A stretch of 64,000 nt of DNA from NCBI RefSeq assembly GCF_006345805.1, contig NC_043014.1:25234001-25298000 (forward strand), in the 5' to 3' direction. Below the pieces are notes generated by a model, which had not been told where the DNA came from, did not search any database, and was given only the letters and a program-made list of their open reading frames with translations. A program made the translations under genes and the position numbers. This document shows, piece by piece, positions 10,519-23,479 of the stretch (the first letter of the stretch is position 1; each line of letters starts with the position of its first letter). Origin of the DNA: Octopus sinensis. Lineage: Eukaryota.

Positions 10519-11152
10519 AGAGTACAGGACACCACAAATAAACGTAGAACAACGAGAAACGAAAACATAAAAACAAACAAGGAAACAAACATATTTTTAA
10601 CAACGAAAAATCAGAGTATAAGACAAACAATACAAGGAATATTCCCCTTCATCAGCTGCCCCTGGTTCGACTCAATGCGTGTTTCGAAGGTAAGGGCAGA
10701 ACATGATCCGGCCGAAGCAGTCCTTCCTGCAAAATGAATCAAATAAAATTCTTTTGCAGAGGGGTAAAAATAGAAAAAAAAAAAGTGACAAGAACAGGAC
10801 GTAAAAGCAATACAAATAAATAAAAATACAGTACACATAAAAAATAAAAAGAGGACAAGGAAACAAACATTAAGGGCTTTTTTAAGCCTAGACGGTGGAA
10901 ACATTCATTGGAACGCAATTCAGAAGATCGACTTGCTGGAGACAAGAAGAAAGTCCTTGTTGACTTGTTGAAAGCAGCGAGAGAAAGGAAGTTTAGTAGT
11001 CCGGTCAGCGGCCAGAGAGAGAGAGGAGGAGGAGGAGTGAGAGAAAGAGAGGAAAAGAAACCAGAAAGTGTAAAAAATAAGGAGACAGACAGGTAGAGAG
11101 GAAGACAGACAGGCCTCGTTGTGTTCTACATTTATTTGTGGTGTCCTGCACT

Positions 11153-11155
<3 letters not shown>
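10519..11155. mobile_element. Non-coding element with ~36-bp inverted ends, probably PLE terminal-derived
   Basis: GTACAGGACACCACAAATAAACGTAGAACAACGAG (~10522) is inverted at ~11116-11151; PLE origin is inferred from style only. Confidence 0.5.
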
Positions 11156-11232
<77 letters not shown>

Positions 11233-11312
11233 TAATATATATATATATATGCATGTATATATACATATTGATGTAGGTATGTACATATATGTATGTATGC
11301 ATATGTTTTATT

Positions 11313-11345
<33 letters not shown>

Positions 11346-11369
11346 GTGTGTGTTCAATATATCTATATA

Positions 11370-11530
11370 TCTATATATATATAAAACTGAGAATGTGTGT
11401 CTGTCTGTCTGCCTTTGTGAATCCCTAAAACTTGAAAACTACTCAACCAATTTCATCCAAATTTTACACATGCCGTACTTAGCATCCAAATTAATATTCA
11501 ATTTTGCACCCTTATTATTTTAAATTTAAA
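11370..11530 (+). mobile_element. Non-autonomous Helitron 5' fragment
   Basis: A|TCTATATATATATAAAACTGAGAATGTGTGTCTGTCTG, same architecture as the 5' end at 55262. Confidence 0.6.
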
Positions 11531-11539
11531 TTTACATAT

Positions 11540-12027
11540 ATATCATCATCGTCATCATCATCGTTTAACGTCCGTTCTCCATGCTAGCATGGGTTGGACG
11601 GTTCGACCGGGGATCTGGGAAGCCAGAAGGCTGCACCAGGCTCCAATCTTATCTGGCAATGTTTCTACAGCTGGATGCCCTTCCTAATGCCAACCACTCC
11701 GTGAGTGTAGTGGTGCTTTTTACGTGCCACCTGCACAGGTGCCAGGCGAGGCTGGCAACGGCCACGGTTGGATTGGTGTATTTTATGTGCCACTGGCACG
11801 GAAGCCAGTCGAGGCGGCGCTGGCATCGGCCACAAGTCGGATAGTATTTTTTACGTACCACCAGACCAGGGATCCTGGCTGGTTCAATTAGATTTCGATT
11901 TTGCTTGCCCCAACATGTCTTCGCAAGCAAAGGGGGTTGGCATGGGTGCCTGTCGTACGGTTGGATTGGTGTATTTTACGTGCCACCGGCACGGAAGCCA
12001 GTGTAGGCGGCGCTGGCATCGGCCACA
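11540..12027 (-). mobile_element. RTE LINE 3' UTR fragment with ~70-bp internal duplication
   Basis: Tail and UTR motifs; 11765-11835 is repeated at ~11958-12027. Confidence 0.88.
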
Positions 12028-12489
12028 TATATATATATGCCCTGGCTGTAAATATGAATCTCAGAGGATGAAAAATTTCAGATAAGAGATTTTTAAGCTT
12101 CAACTTGTTACTTACCTTTCATTGTATTTTTGCAAGTATCATCATCATAAACCCTTATTATTTTCTAGCTATACTGTCTTATTCTGTCTCTTTCAAAACC
12201 ATGCCATCATGTAAATATAGTTCTATAGTTTTCGTCTTAAACCCTAGCTCACACATTTCCTTAATTTGCAACATATTCTTTCACTCATGAAAATTTATCA
12301 CACGATCACACAGCCTTTCATCTCCAGTCTTGTCTTTCTCCAAATCCCAGAACCATTCCTCATGTATGTCGTGCCCCCCCCCCCACTGTGTCATCTATCG
12401 GCGTTCACTCTGTCTCTTTTCATTCCTACACTATATGTCTATCTATCTATCTATCTATCGGCCTTCGCTCTGTCTCTTTTAACTCCTAG

Positions 12490-14310
12490 CGCATGGTTGC
12501 CAGTTTGCGGTTCGCCCACCTGCCCTCCCTCCCACCCCCTCCACCCTTACCGGAAGTCCCTATTTCGTCTTCCTTGCTTGTCTCCCATGAACACATCTAG
12601 AGGCCTTATGCCAAACCCACGCCTACTATATAAGGTGGTGATCATACAGTGCAAAACATGATAGTGTAGTGTACGCAGGTTGAACTTAAGATTATTGTTT
12701 GCTTATGAATTCTGCTAAATGCGAGCTCACTTTTCAGGTACATGACACCACTGTCTCCTGTCCCAGAATCTCTAGGGCCCATACCTCCCACACCCTCAGG
12801 GTTGGCACTCTCAACATCGGCACACTGAAAGGTAGGTCTGGTGAGATTGTTGAGATGCTTGAACAGAGATGTGTCGATATGTGCTGCATCCAAGAAGTGA
12901 GGTGGAGAGGAGGTTCTGCTAGGTTCCTCACAGTCAAAGAACACAGGTACAAGATTTTCTGGGCAGGGAACACTGACGGGATTGGGCGTGTGGATATACT
13001 TCTTGCGGAGAAATGGGTAGATAAAGTAATTGAGGTAGTTAGAGTATGCGACAGAATACTTAAGATTAGATTAATGCTCCATCATGGGTTAGCAACCATT
13101 ATCTCGGCCTATACCCCTCAACCAGGGCTACCCGATGGACAGAAAGACCGATTCTATGACACCCTCTTGCAGACTACCGCATTGACAAATGACAGGGACC
13201 ATCTCTTTGTGGTTGGCGATTTCAATGGACATGTCGCTCAGAGTAAAAGGTAGATTGTATGACGCATGTGTATGAACAGCCATGCTACATGATAGTGAAA
13301 CATGGGCTGTGACTGCTGAGGACATGCGTAAGCTCACAAGGAATGAAGCCAGTATGATCCGCTGGGTGTGTAATGTCAGTGTGCATACTCGACAGAGTGT
13401 AGTGCCTTGAGAGAAATGTTGGAGCTAAGAAACATCAGATGTGGTGTGCAAGAGAGACGATTGCACTGGTATGGTCATGTGGCGAGAATGGAGGAGGATG
13501 CCTATATGAAAAATCGCCACACCCTAGCAGTTGAGGGAACCTGTGGAAGAGGTAGAACCAGGAAGCCCTGGGATGAAGTGGTGAAGCACAACCTTCGAAC
13601 TTTTGGCCTCACCATGGAAATGACTAGCAACCGAGACTTTTGGAAATATGCTGTTTTTGTGAAGACCTGGAAAGCCAAATGAGACCATAACCTGTGGCCC
13701 ATGCCAGGAGCGTAACCAGCCCGATTATGCGTACCTTTTCCTTCCTTGGACACTAAACTCTACTTGCGAAGACCTGTTGAGGCAAGTAAAATCAAAATCA
13801 AAATCACATTCGATGACTGGCATCCGTACTATCGGTGTGCAAAGAGCACCATACGAGCGTGATCGTTGACAGAGCAGCTAACCATCTTCTGTGCCAGTGG
13901 CACATAAAATGCACCATTCGAGTGTGATCATTACCAGCATTGCCTTACTGGCACTTGTGCCCGTGCTAGTAGGGTCCCCAGTGCACCATCCGAGTGTGAT
14001 CGACGCCAAAGCAGCCAACTGGGTTCCGTGCCGGTGGCACGTAAAGGGGCATCATTTGAGCATGATCATTACCAACATCGCCTTACTGGCACCTGTGCTG
14101 GTGGCATGTGCAAAAAGATTCGAGCGAGGTCGTTGCCAGTACCACCGGTACCGGAGTGGTTGGCGTTAGGAAGGGCATCCAGCTGTAGAAACTCTGCCAC
14201 ATCAAGATTGGGGCCTGGTGCAGCCATCTGGTTCACCAGCCCTCAGTCAAAATCGTCCAACCCATGCTAGCATGGAAACGGACATTAAACGATGATGATG
14301 ATAATGATGA
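12490..14310 (+). mobile_element. RTE LINE with both ends and a large internal deletion
   Basis: APE endonuclease (GTLNIGTL, CCIQEVRW, SAYTPQ, VVGDFNGH; ORF 12699-13253) is fused at ~13235 to the RT C-terminus, 3' UTR and (GAT)n tail; the 5' start is approximate. Confidence 0.92.
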
Positions 14311-14319
14311 TGATATATA

Positions 14320-14329
14320 TACATGTATG

Positions 14330-14411
<82 letters not shown>

Positions 14412-14446
14412 ATGTATATGTATATGTATATATATATATTCATGTA

Positions 14447-14484
<38 letters not shown>

Positions 14485-14506
14485 TTATATACTTATGTAT
14501 ATAGAC

Positions 14507-14538
<32 letters not shown>

Positions 14539-14578
14539 GCATATACATGTGTGTATATATATATATATATATATATTA

Positions 14579-14618
<40 letters not shown>

Positions 14619-14655
14619 ATGTATATGTATATGTATATATATATATATTCATGTA

Positions 14656-14686
<31 letters not shown>

Positions 14687-14748
14687 GTGTTTATATACTT
14701 ATGTATATAGACATGTGTGTATATATATATATATATATATGCATATAC

Positions 14749-14787
<39 letters not shown>

Positions 14788-14960
14788 CATGTGTATATAT
14801 ATACTTACATACACATGTATATATATGGATGTATAGATATACATGTATATGTACAGCTGTATACGTATACATTTATTTCTATACATATAGATATATGTAT
14901 ACATGTATATGTGTAGATGTATATATATATCTAGATGTACATGTAATATGTACAAACATA
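14320..14960. repeat. Compound (AT)n/(GT)n microsatellite with higher-order repeats
   Basis: Direct inspection. Confidence 0.95.
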
Positions 14961-14970
14961 TATATACACA

Positions 14971-16407
14971 CTAGCAGTATCGCCCGGCGTTGCTCGGGTT
15001 TGTTTCGACCCGCTGGAATTGTAATTTTGAAAAGTAAAAATTTTGTGAACATTTTTCTGGTCGAAATACACCGAAAAGTGGCGACACAGCAGTGAAAAAA
15101 TCGTAAAAAATAGGGATTTTCATAGAAAAAAGCATCTTTTTGATGTAAATAATTTTTGGTGTTAACATGGTCCGATTTGAATTTTATGTTCTATGGAAGG
15201 AAGAGCAACCCTTCTTCTACAATACTCTCAATTTTGGTCAACTTGCACCACAGGGTCTCGGAGGAGATAGTGTTAGTTGAAGGTTACCATTGTAGGTGCC
15301 TGAGTAACAACCTCGCGGATTTACAGATAAATGAATTAATTACTATTTTACAGAATAAAATTAAATAATTCTTGAAAATTAATTAATATTAATATTTTGT
15401 GAACAAAGTAAATAATTTTTAAAACTTAATATAATTTTTTTTACACAAACGCGAACAGGGAAAAGGGGGTGGCGAATTCGATTTACATACCTAAATTTTT
15501 TCTTTTTCATGACATTGTAGCAAAATAGTAGTGAATTATATAAATACCAGCAGTACATTTTTTTTTCTGGGGTATTTTTTTTCAACCTCGTCACATATTT
15601 GCCCCTTTCAATTTAAACAAAGTCTTAATTAAGCAATTACGGCAGCTTAGCAATGGTTTCAATACAGGCGTGACATCTGTATCTCAATTGTTCAAAACCC
15701 TTCGAATTTTTTCGCACGTGATGATATCATAGTGAAAACTTCAGTTATTTCTGTCTTTCACTCTGTCTGTCTCTTTACACACACTAACAAAAGCACTTCA
15801 CTTACACACCACACTTTCTGTGTCGCACAACCCATCAAACACACACACACACACACTCACGCACGCACACATGTACATCAATGCTTTCGGAGTGAAATGT
15901 TAAAATATTGAGTTTTCTCGAATTTTGTCTTAATTGGGGGTGAAATTGACAGAAATATATTATGGCATGAGCGAATGGAGTACTTTGAAAAATCTTAGGT
16001 AAATTCTAATTGAAGAAATTGTGTGAGGAGTAAATCGTTATGTATTTATTTGTTTCTGTTTGCTGTGTTTTTTTATTTTTTGAGTAGTGGTTTAAATACT
16101 TTCAGTTTAGTCTTCCTCAAATCACTCTGTCACTATTTACTTTCATTTTATTCGTTGCACACTGTGTGTGTGCGTTTGCGTGTGCTGTAAACCAGACTAA
16201 GAAAAGCATTTGACATACACACCAGAATGTGAGTTTTCTGTAAATTTTGCTTAATTGGAGTTTAAATTTTAAAAACTGGACCTGGCATGACCCGATGCAT
16301 TCTACTCTTAAAAATGCTAGTTAAATTGTAATTGAAGAAATCCTATATTGTAGATTTCTATAACTTACAAAGGGAGGCAGATAAAATCTGCCTTTTATAA
16401 TAAGAGA
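14971..16407 (-). mobile_element. Non-autonomous Helitron (1437 bp) inserted at an A|T site
   Basis: Minus strand 5' TCTCTTATTATAAAAGGCAG; 3' CCCGAGCAACGCCGGGCGATACTGCTAG; flanked by A and T with no TSD; absent from paralogous sites. Confidence 0.9.
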
Positions 16408-16456
16408 TAGATACATGTATACATATACACACCCATACACACACACATACATAGCT

Positions 16457-16790
16457 GCAGGTGTGGCTGTGTGGTAACAAACTTTGTCCCAAAACACATG
16501 GTCCTGGGTTCAGTCCCACTGTGTGGTGGTGACTTGGCATGTGTCTTTTGCTATAGCCTCAGACCAACAAAAGCCTTGTCAGTGGATTTTGTAGACAGAA
16601 ACTGAAAGAAATCTATCGTATATATATGTATACATGTAAGTCTATGTGTGTGTCTTTGTGTTTCTCCCCCATCACTGCTTCACAACTGCTGTTTGTTTAT
16701 TTAGAGCCCCATAACTTACTAGTTTCACAAGAAGAAACTGATAGTATAAGTACCAGGCTTATCAACATAAAAAAAGCACTACGCTGTGTC
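16457..16790 (+). mobile_element. tRNA-derived SINE family 1 (diverged copy)
   Basis: Head GCAGGTGTGGCTGTGTGG, B-box GGTTCAGTCCC; paralog of 2480-2797. Confidence 0.85.
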
Positions 16791-17604
16791 TCACATTTTC
16801 GTTTGCCCACTCAGTTGTATCTATCAATTTATCATTGTGTGTTTGTGTATATATATATATATATATTACACACACATGCACACACACATTTATATATTTA
16901 TATACATGTATGTATATGTATACATTCATATTTATTATATCAATAGATTGTAAATTTATTCTGTCCAGTTACGTGTCAGTATAGTAGTCATTCGCAAATT
17001 CCAACTTTCATTTATCCTTAGTGTTCACGTAACACAGTTGTTAATGTTTATTTCAGTTGGGTCACGCCCTTCCGATTGTTTTAGATTCATAATGCTGTGC
17101 CTGTTACCTGCATGGTGAGGAATACTATATTGGGAGTGGTAACGACTAGGGTACTGTAGCTGGCTGCTTATTGTGATCATTCATCTTTTGGTTTCCTGTA
17201 GCTTTGCTCTCTTTTACAAACCCAGTGAACATATATTTCCTATTTCAAAGAAATTCAAACAATAGATATAAAACCCAAGTTAAAAAGATTCTCAACAATT
17301 CATCTTCTCTGGTTGACGTTAAGATGCCCACCCCCAATAGAGTCCTTAACTCTCACATTTTAGAGCTCCATGACCTCCATTTTTCAGCAGCAAAATCCTT
17401 TTAACAGGTTCTACAAGACTGGAATTTTGGAATATGTGCATAAAAATCAGTAGTATGGGATACATGTGGCACGATTACAATTTTTTTTAGTGTGCGTAAG
17501 GAGGGAGATAACCCTCATCTGCAATTTTGATGAAATTCGAAACAGATATTCCAGTTCATTACAGAAAATATAAGAGAAAAGTCTAATTCTTCAATTGTAT
17601 GTAA

Positions 17605-17632
17605 CTAGAGCAATGCCAGGTAACTCTGCTAG
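17605..17632 (+). mobile_element. Degenerate Helitron 3' terminus
   Basis: AGAGCAATGCCAGGTAACTCTGCTAG|T resembles the other Helitron ends in the window. Confidence 0.5.
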
Positions 17633-17757
17633 TGACTCCATAAAGTAATTAAATTAATAATGAAAGATATTTATATATATTTAAATATATTATTATTTAC
17701 ATTGTACTAAAATTTCTATGCTAAATAATACTCATTAAAAAAAATACACATTAAAAC

Positions 17758-17864
17758 GACAACACGCATTTCGTGGCTTTGTATACAAATCTGTAATATC
17801 AAAATCGATAATCTCAAAAATTAATATTTCTTAGATCCAATGATACATAGCCACTCTTCGGGTC
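17758..17864 (-). ncRNA. Degenerate type I hammerhead ribozyme motif (paralog of 1363-1471)
   Basis: GAC-CCGAAGA-GTGGCT...AGCCAC-GAAAT-GCGT-GTT^GTC. Confidence 0.5.
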
Positions 17865-18267
17865 TCAATTTCATAATATAAATAAATAAATTTACAACAT
17901 AAATTTACAATATATATATATATTATATATATATATATATATAATATGTGTATCAATATTATATATATATATATAATATAAATATATATATATTTTATAT
18001 GTATATAATATATATCTTAAATATATGTACATAGATATATAATATATATAGTGAGAATTTACAAAAAACAAGACACGAAGACGGGTGTGTAAACAACAAA
18101 CACATGTATTAGTTTAACTCTCGGTAATTGAGAAAATCTTTGGATACAAAGAAACAGAATTAAACAGGGAGAGAATGTCATGGCAAATGCCGGACAGAAG
18201 ATCACACAGGAGAGGTAGGTAGAAGGGGAGAAAATAAAGTATTGGTGATCCCTATATATATATATAT

Positions 18268-18319
<52 letters not shown>

Positions 18320-18417
18320 TACACATATATATAATATACTTACATATTTAATATTTATGTATATAATATATACACATATATGTGTATATAATACACACAC
18401 ACGCACATATATATCAC

Positions 18418-19907
18418 GCAATAACAAGAATTCAAGACAGGATGTTTCTGGGAGCTCCTCTATGCTGATGACCTTGCTCTAATTGCTGAGTCACTATCAG
18501 AACTAGAGGAGAAGTTTCAATTGTGGAAACAAGGATTAGAATCGATGGACCTGAGAATCCACCTAGCTAAAACCAAAGTCCTAATAAGTAGCAAGGCAGG
18601 CAAACCACATACTCCTTCAGGTAGATGGCCCTGCGTGATCTGTGGAAAAGGCGTTGGTAGAAACTCTATAAGATGTACCCAGTATAAGCTATGGACACAT
18701 AGGAGGTGCAGCAATATCAAAGGAAGGCTAATTGGGAAGACAGTTTTTGTATGTGGCAGATACTCAGGAGCAATAAACACTGAAAATGTGCAGAGAACAA
18801 CTTCTGCCACATTCCAGGGAGAAAAACTAGAAGTAGTTGATAGCTTCCATTACTTTGATGACCAAGTCAGTAGCGGGGGAGGGGGCGATGAAAGTGTAAC
18901 GGCTAGAATAAGAATAGCCTGGGCAAAGTTCAGAGAGCTCTTACCTCTGCTGGTGACAGAGGGCCTCTCACTCAGAGTAAAAGGTAGATTGTATGACGCA
19001 TGTGTACGAACAGCCATGCTACATGGCAGTGAAACATGGGCTGTGAATGCTGAGGACATGTGTAACCTTACAAGGAATGGAGCCAGTATATTCTGTTGGA
19101 TGTGTAATGTCAGTGTGCATACTCGACAGAGCATTAGTACCTTGAGAGAAAAGTTGGACCTAAGAAGCGGTTGATGGAACCTGTGGAGGAGGTAGACCCA
19201 GGAAGACTTGGGATAAGGTAGTGAAACATGACCTTCGAACATTGGGCCTCACCGAGGTAATGACTAGTGACCAGGACCTTTGGATATATGCTGTGCTTGA
19301 GAAGACCCGGCAAGCCAAGTGAGACCATAACCTTGTGAACTATGCCACTGGTGTAACCAGCCCACTTATGCGTACCTTTCATTGGACACTAAACTCTGCT
19401 TGCAAAGATCTGTTGAGGCAAGTGAAATCGAATACAAATTCGATGACTGGCATCAGTGCTAGTGGAGCACTAAGAGTACCATCTGAGTGTGATCTTGCCA
19501 GAGCAACAAGCTGACCTCCGTGCTGGTGGCACATAAAAATTACCATTTGAGTGTGATCATTACCCATGTCACCTAACTGGCACTTGTGCTGGTGGCACAT
19601 GAAAAAACATTCGAGCGAGTTCATTGCCAATGCCGCTGGACTGGCTCCTGTGCCGGTGGAACATAAAAAGCACCATTTGAGCGTGTCCGTTGCCTGTACC
19701 GCCTGACTGGCCCTCGTCTCAGTGGCATGTAGAAGCACCCACTACACTCTCAGAGTGGTTGGTGTTAGGAAGGGCATCCAGCTGTAGAAACTCTGCCAGA
19801 TCACATTGGGGTCTGGTGCAGCCATCTGGTTCGTCAGACCTCAGTCAAATCGTCCAACCCATACTTGCTTGGAAAGCGGACGTTAAACAATGATGATGAT
19901 GATGATG
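18418..19907 (+). mobile_element. RTE LINE, 5'-truncated
   Basis: ELLYADDL, KTKV, PHD-like insert, MLHGSETW, 3' UTR and (GAT)n tail. Confidence 0.95.
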
Positions 19908-19909
19908 TA

Positions 19910-19940
<31 letters not shown>

Positions 19941-19945
19941 ATATA

Positions 19946-19985
<40 letters not shown>

Positions 19986-20185
19986 TATATATAGGGAAAG
20001 TTTACAAAAGGAACAAAAGATGAAGACAGATGGTGTACAAAACAACAGATATATTAGTATAATGCTCAAGAACAGAAAAAGTCTTCTACGTTTCGAGCCT
20101 ACACTCTTCTACAGAGAGGTACACAGAAAAAAAAAGGAGAGAGAAAAAATGTCTGTAGTGGCTAACGATCTATTATGCCGACTAG

Positions 20186-20226
<41 letters not shown>

Positions 20227-20253
20227 TATATATGTACATTTATATAGATATAG

Positions 20254-20311
<58 letters not shown>

Positions 20312-20354
20312 TTTATATATATATTTCCAAACATTTATATATATATATATATAT

Positions 20355-20765
20355 CATCATAATCATTTAGCGTCTGCTTTCCATGTTAGCATGTTAGGTT
20401 GGATGGTTCAACTAGGGTCTGGGAAGCCAGAAGGCTGCACCAGGCCCAATCTGATCTGGCAATGTTTCTACGGCTGGATGCCCTTCCTAACACCAACCAC
20501 TGCATGAGTGTAGTGGGTGCTTTTTATGTGCCAGAGAAGGCTGGCAAATGGCCACGATTGGATGGTGCTTTTTACGTGCCACCGGCATATGTATCACAGC
20601 TACAATTTCCATACATGTTGATCGATTTCGATTTTAATTCTGTTTCTCACTTGCTTCAACAGGTCTTCACAAGTAGAGTTTTGTGACCCATGAAGGAAAG
20701 GTATGCATAAGTGGGCTGGCTTCATCCCAGGTAGAGGCCATGGGTTGCGGTCTCACTTGTCCTGC
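20355..20765 (-). mobile_element. RTE LINE 3' UTR fragment
   Basis: Tail and UTR motifs. Confidence 0.88.
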
Positions 20766-20844
20766 CGATATATATATACACATTTATATATATATATATA
20801 TATATATATAAATATGAGAGAGTGACTATGTGGTTAATTCTAGC

Positions 20845-20999
20845 GCTAAAAATAGCTCCGTTACTGGTATAGCCACTAAAACTTGTTTCCAAGATGCTAA
20901 AAATAGCTCTGTTACTGGTATAGCCACGTGTTTCCTCTTGGAAACAAGTTTGAGTGGCTATACCAATAATGGAGCTATTTTTAGCATCTTGGAAACAAT
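20845..20999. repeat. Fold-back minisatellite (51-bp unit, direct then inverted)
   Basis: GCTAAAAATAGCTCCGTTACTGGTATAGCCAC at 20845 and 20896; inverted 1.2 units at 20938-20999. Confidence 0.9.
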
Positions 21000-21119
21000 A
21001 AATTATATATGATATCCCGGCACTGTATGGACTTCGCAAGGACCATAAAGTTTTTACTGACCCTATAGCAGGACCACCAACAAGACCAGTCTGTGGAGCG
21101 AATATTGCTAGCAATTACA

Positions 21120-22930
21120 GAATCTCCTACTTCCTCTCAATGATCATACGCCCTATAATCAGGATGTCACCTGATGTGTGTGACAGCACAGAAGATCTCC
21201 TAAGCAGGATCAGTGACTGTAACAAAACTTGTGACTTGACAGGATGTATAGTAGGTAGCATGGATATGGTATCCCTATACCCATCGATTGACGTAGACTT
21301 TGCAGTGGAGAAGTGCGTGGAGATGATCAACGAGAGCCAGGTGGAGTTCTGTAATGTCGACACAGAAGAACTGGGCCTCCTACTTAGACTGACATATAAT
21401 AATGAATACTTAGATAAACATAATCTTAGTAGTTTCTGCCCCAGTAGATGTTTAAGAGGTAGACCTCCTACAATTACTTCTTTGGCTAGGAAGACACATA
21501 TAGAAAGATGGCGCGGATGGACCAGAGCCATACGGAGCCCCGCAAATGTCCATCAGGTAAAGAAAATGATAGCACATGCACTAGGAGCTAGTATAAGAGT
21601 TACCCTAAAAGGCCACACATTTAAATTTGATAATAAAATATATGCCCAGGACGAGGGGGCAGCCATCGGTGTTAGTATCGCTGGTGATGTGGCCAACCTT
21701 TTCATGGTATGGTGGGACAGAAGGCTTAAAGAATGCCTACTGCAGAAATCCATACTCGTAAACATGTATTCTCGCTATGTTGATGATATCAACATAGTAG
21801 TAAAGGCACCCCCACAAGAGAGTAATGTTGATATAGTAATAGAAACTAATACTATGGAGAGCATCCAGCAAATAGCTAACTCCATCCACCAGAGTATTAA
21901 GGTCACAATAGACTACCCCACTAAACACCCCAACCATAGACTACCAGTACTAGACACTGAACTCTGGCTAGAAATTGTGAAAAATAAAACCCAAATCCTT
22001 CATTCATACTATGCAAAACCTATGGCCTCAAAATACCTAATCCACCGGAACTCAGCCATTGCGGGCAATGCCAAATTCAATATTTTGATGGCAGACCTCG
22101 TCAGAATAATGAGAAATGTGTCACGCATGTGCGAGCCTACAGAATTAAAGAGACACATACAGTATTTCATTCACCGCATGCAGTTCTCAGGTTACAGCCA
22201 TAAAGAAAGGATCAGAGTATACAAAGGAGCCATGAAGAAATTTGATAATATATTATGTAATGATAGGAATGGGATTTGCCCAATCTATAGGAACAAGTCA
22301 TAGAACACTATAGAAAGGACAAAAAAGAAAATAGGGAAGGCCAACTCTTGGTATGATAGCCATAAATACCAGAGTGTCATGTTCGTTGACACCACCCCTG
22401 GAGGTGAACTGGCGTACCGCTTTAGAAGGACCCTAGATAAACTTAAACTAAGAATTAAGGTTGTTGAAAAGCCAGGCAACCCTATCAAATCTATAATTGG
22501 TAGAACCTATCCTTTTAGTAGAACCCTCTGTACGGATAACTATTGCACTGTATGTAGATTTAGCCCACAAACAAACTGTAAAGCCAGAAATGTAGTCTAT
22601 AGTATAAGATGTATAGAGGGATGATGCAGTAACAAGACAGTAACATACGTAGGGGAAACAGCAAGAAGCATAGGAGAGCGGGTGAATGACATTGGAGACA
22701 ACTCAAGGAAGGTAAAAGCTCATCGATTCTGTACCAGCACGCCGAACAGGAACACGGGGGATCAATCAATAACATAGAGATTAAGATATTGTCCACACAT
22801 AGAACAGATGCAACAATTAGATAAATTACAGAAGCTACACATATAATAGAAAATAAACCTAGCCTGAATAGAAAACTAGAATGGAGCAATAGCACACACC
22901 ACAACATATGACGATAGAGGATCCTGAAAA
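21120..22930 (+). mobile_element. Penelope-like element (RT + GIY-YIG endonuclease), decayed
   Basis: ORF 21140-22303 has GSMDMVSLYPSID, AIGVSIAGDVANLFM, YSRYVDDI, LPVLD; downstream Cys linker CTDNYCTVC...C, then NVVYSIRC...YVGETARS; several stops and frameshifts. Confidence 0.92.
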
Positions 22931-22997
22931 CATAATAAATACACAGATAAATAAACAAATAGAAATTAATAACTATATATATGTATATATATCTATG

Positions 22998-23069
<72 letters not shown>

Positions 23070-23434
23070 TGTATATGTGTATATATGTGTGTATATGTAT
23101 ATATGTATATATATATATTTTTTTTTCGATTAGATTTATTATTATTATTACTAATATTGTTGTTATACATACATACAAGCATATGTAATGATAATAATGG
23201 GTGGATGTAAACACATGAACAAAATTAGAACAAAAACAACAACAACAAAAACAAAATACAAATTACAAGAATGTATATAAACAGAAGATACAAATATTAC
23301 AGGCATCCCCCCCCCACTAAATAAACATAGACGCACATAGAGATATAAGCAAGTGCAAATGAAGACATACAATAGAAATACAAAATGGCTGACGGTTAGT
23401 AAGGAGAGACACAAATAAGTGAGAAGAAAACAAA

Positions 23435-23479
23435 GGACCACTGATGCGGTCACAGGAGTGTGACGAAAGAACTTTGGCC
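23435..23479 (+). ncRNA. Degenerate hammerhead motif downstream of the PLE
   Basis: GGACCA-CTGATGC-GGTCAC-AGGAGT-GTGAC-GAAAG-AA-CTT^TGGCC; core A9>C. Confidence 0.4.

Noticed and set aside
10640-10700. Hammerhead on the minus strand (CTGATGAAGG and CCTTCGAAAC)
   Set aside because: GAAA precedes CTGATGA and I could not build a stem I for a type II topology.
12720-12745. Splice-acceptor-like CTCACTTTTCAG|G before the RTE endonuclease
   Set aside because: Single occurrence with no identifiable donor; the frame is open through it.
19480-19745. Regularly spaced palindromic repeats resembling a CRISPR array
   Set aside because: Repeats are degenerate, linkers are homologous to each other and across copies, there are no cas genes, and they lie in an RTE 3' UTR.
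20082-20119. Hammerhead-like CTGTAGA-AGAG-TGTAGG-CTC-GAAAC-GTA (minus)
   Set aside because: Core A6>T and poor stem I; probably a decayed HHR but too weak to call.
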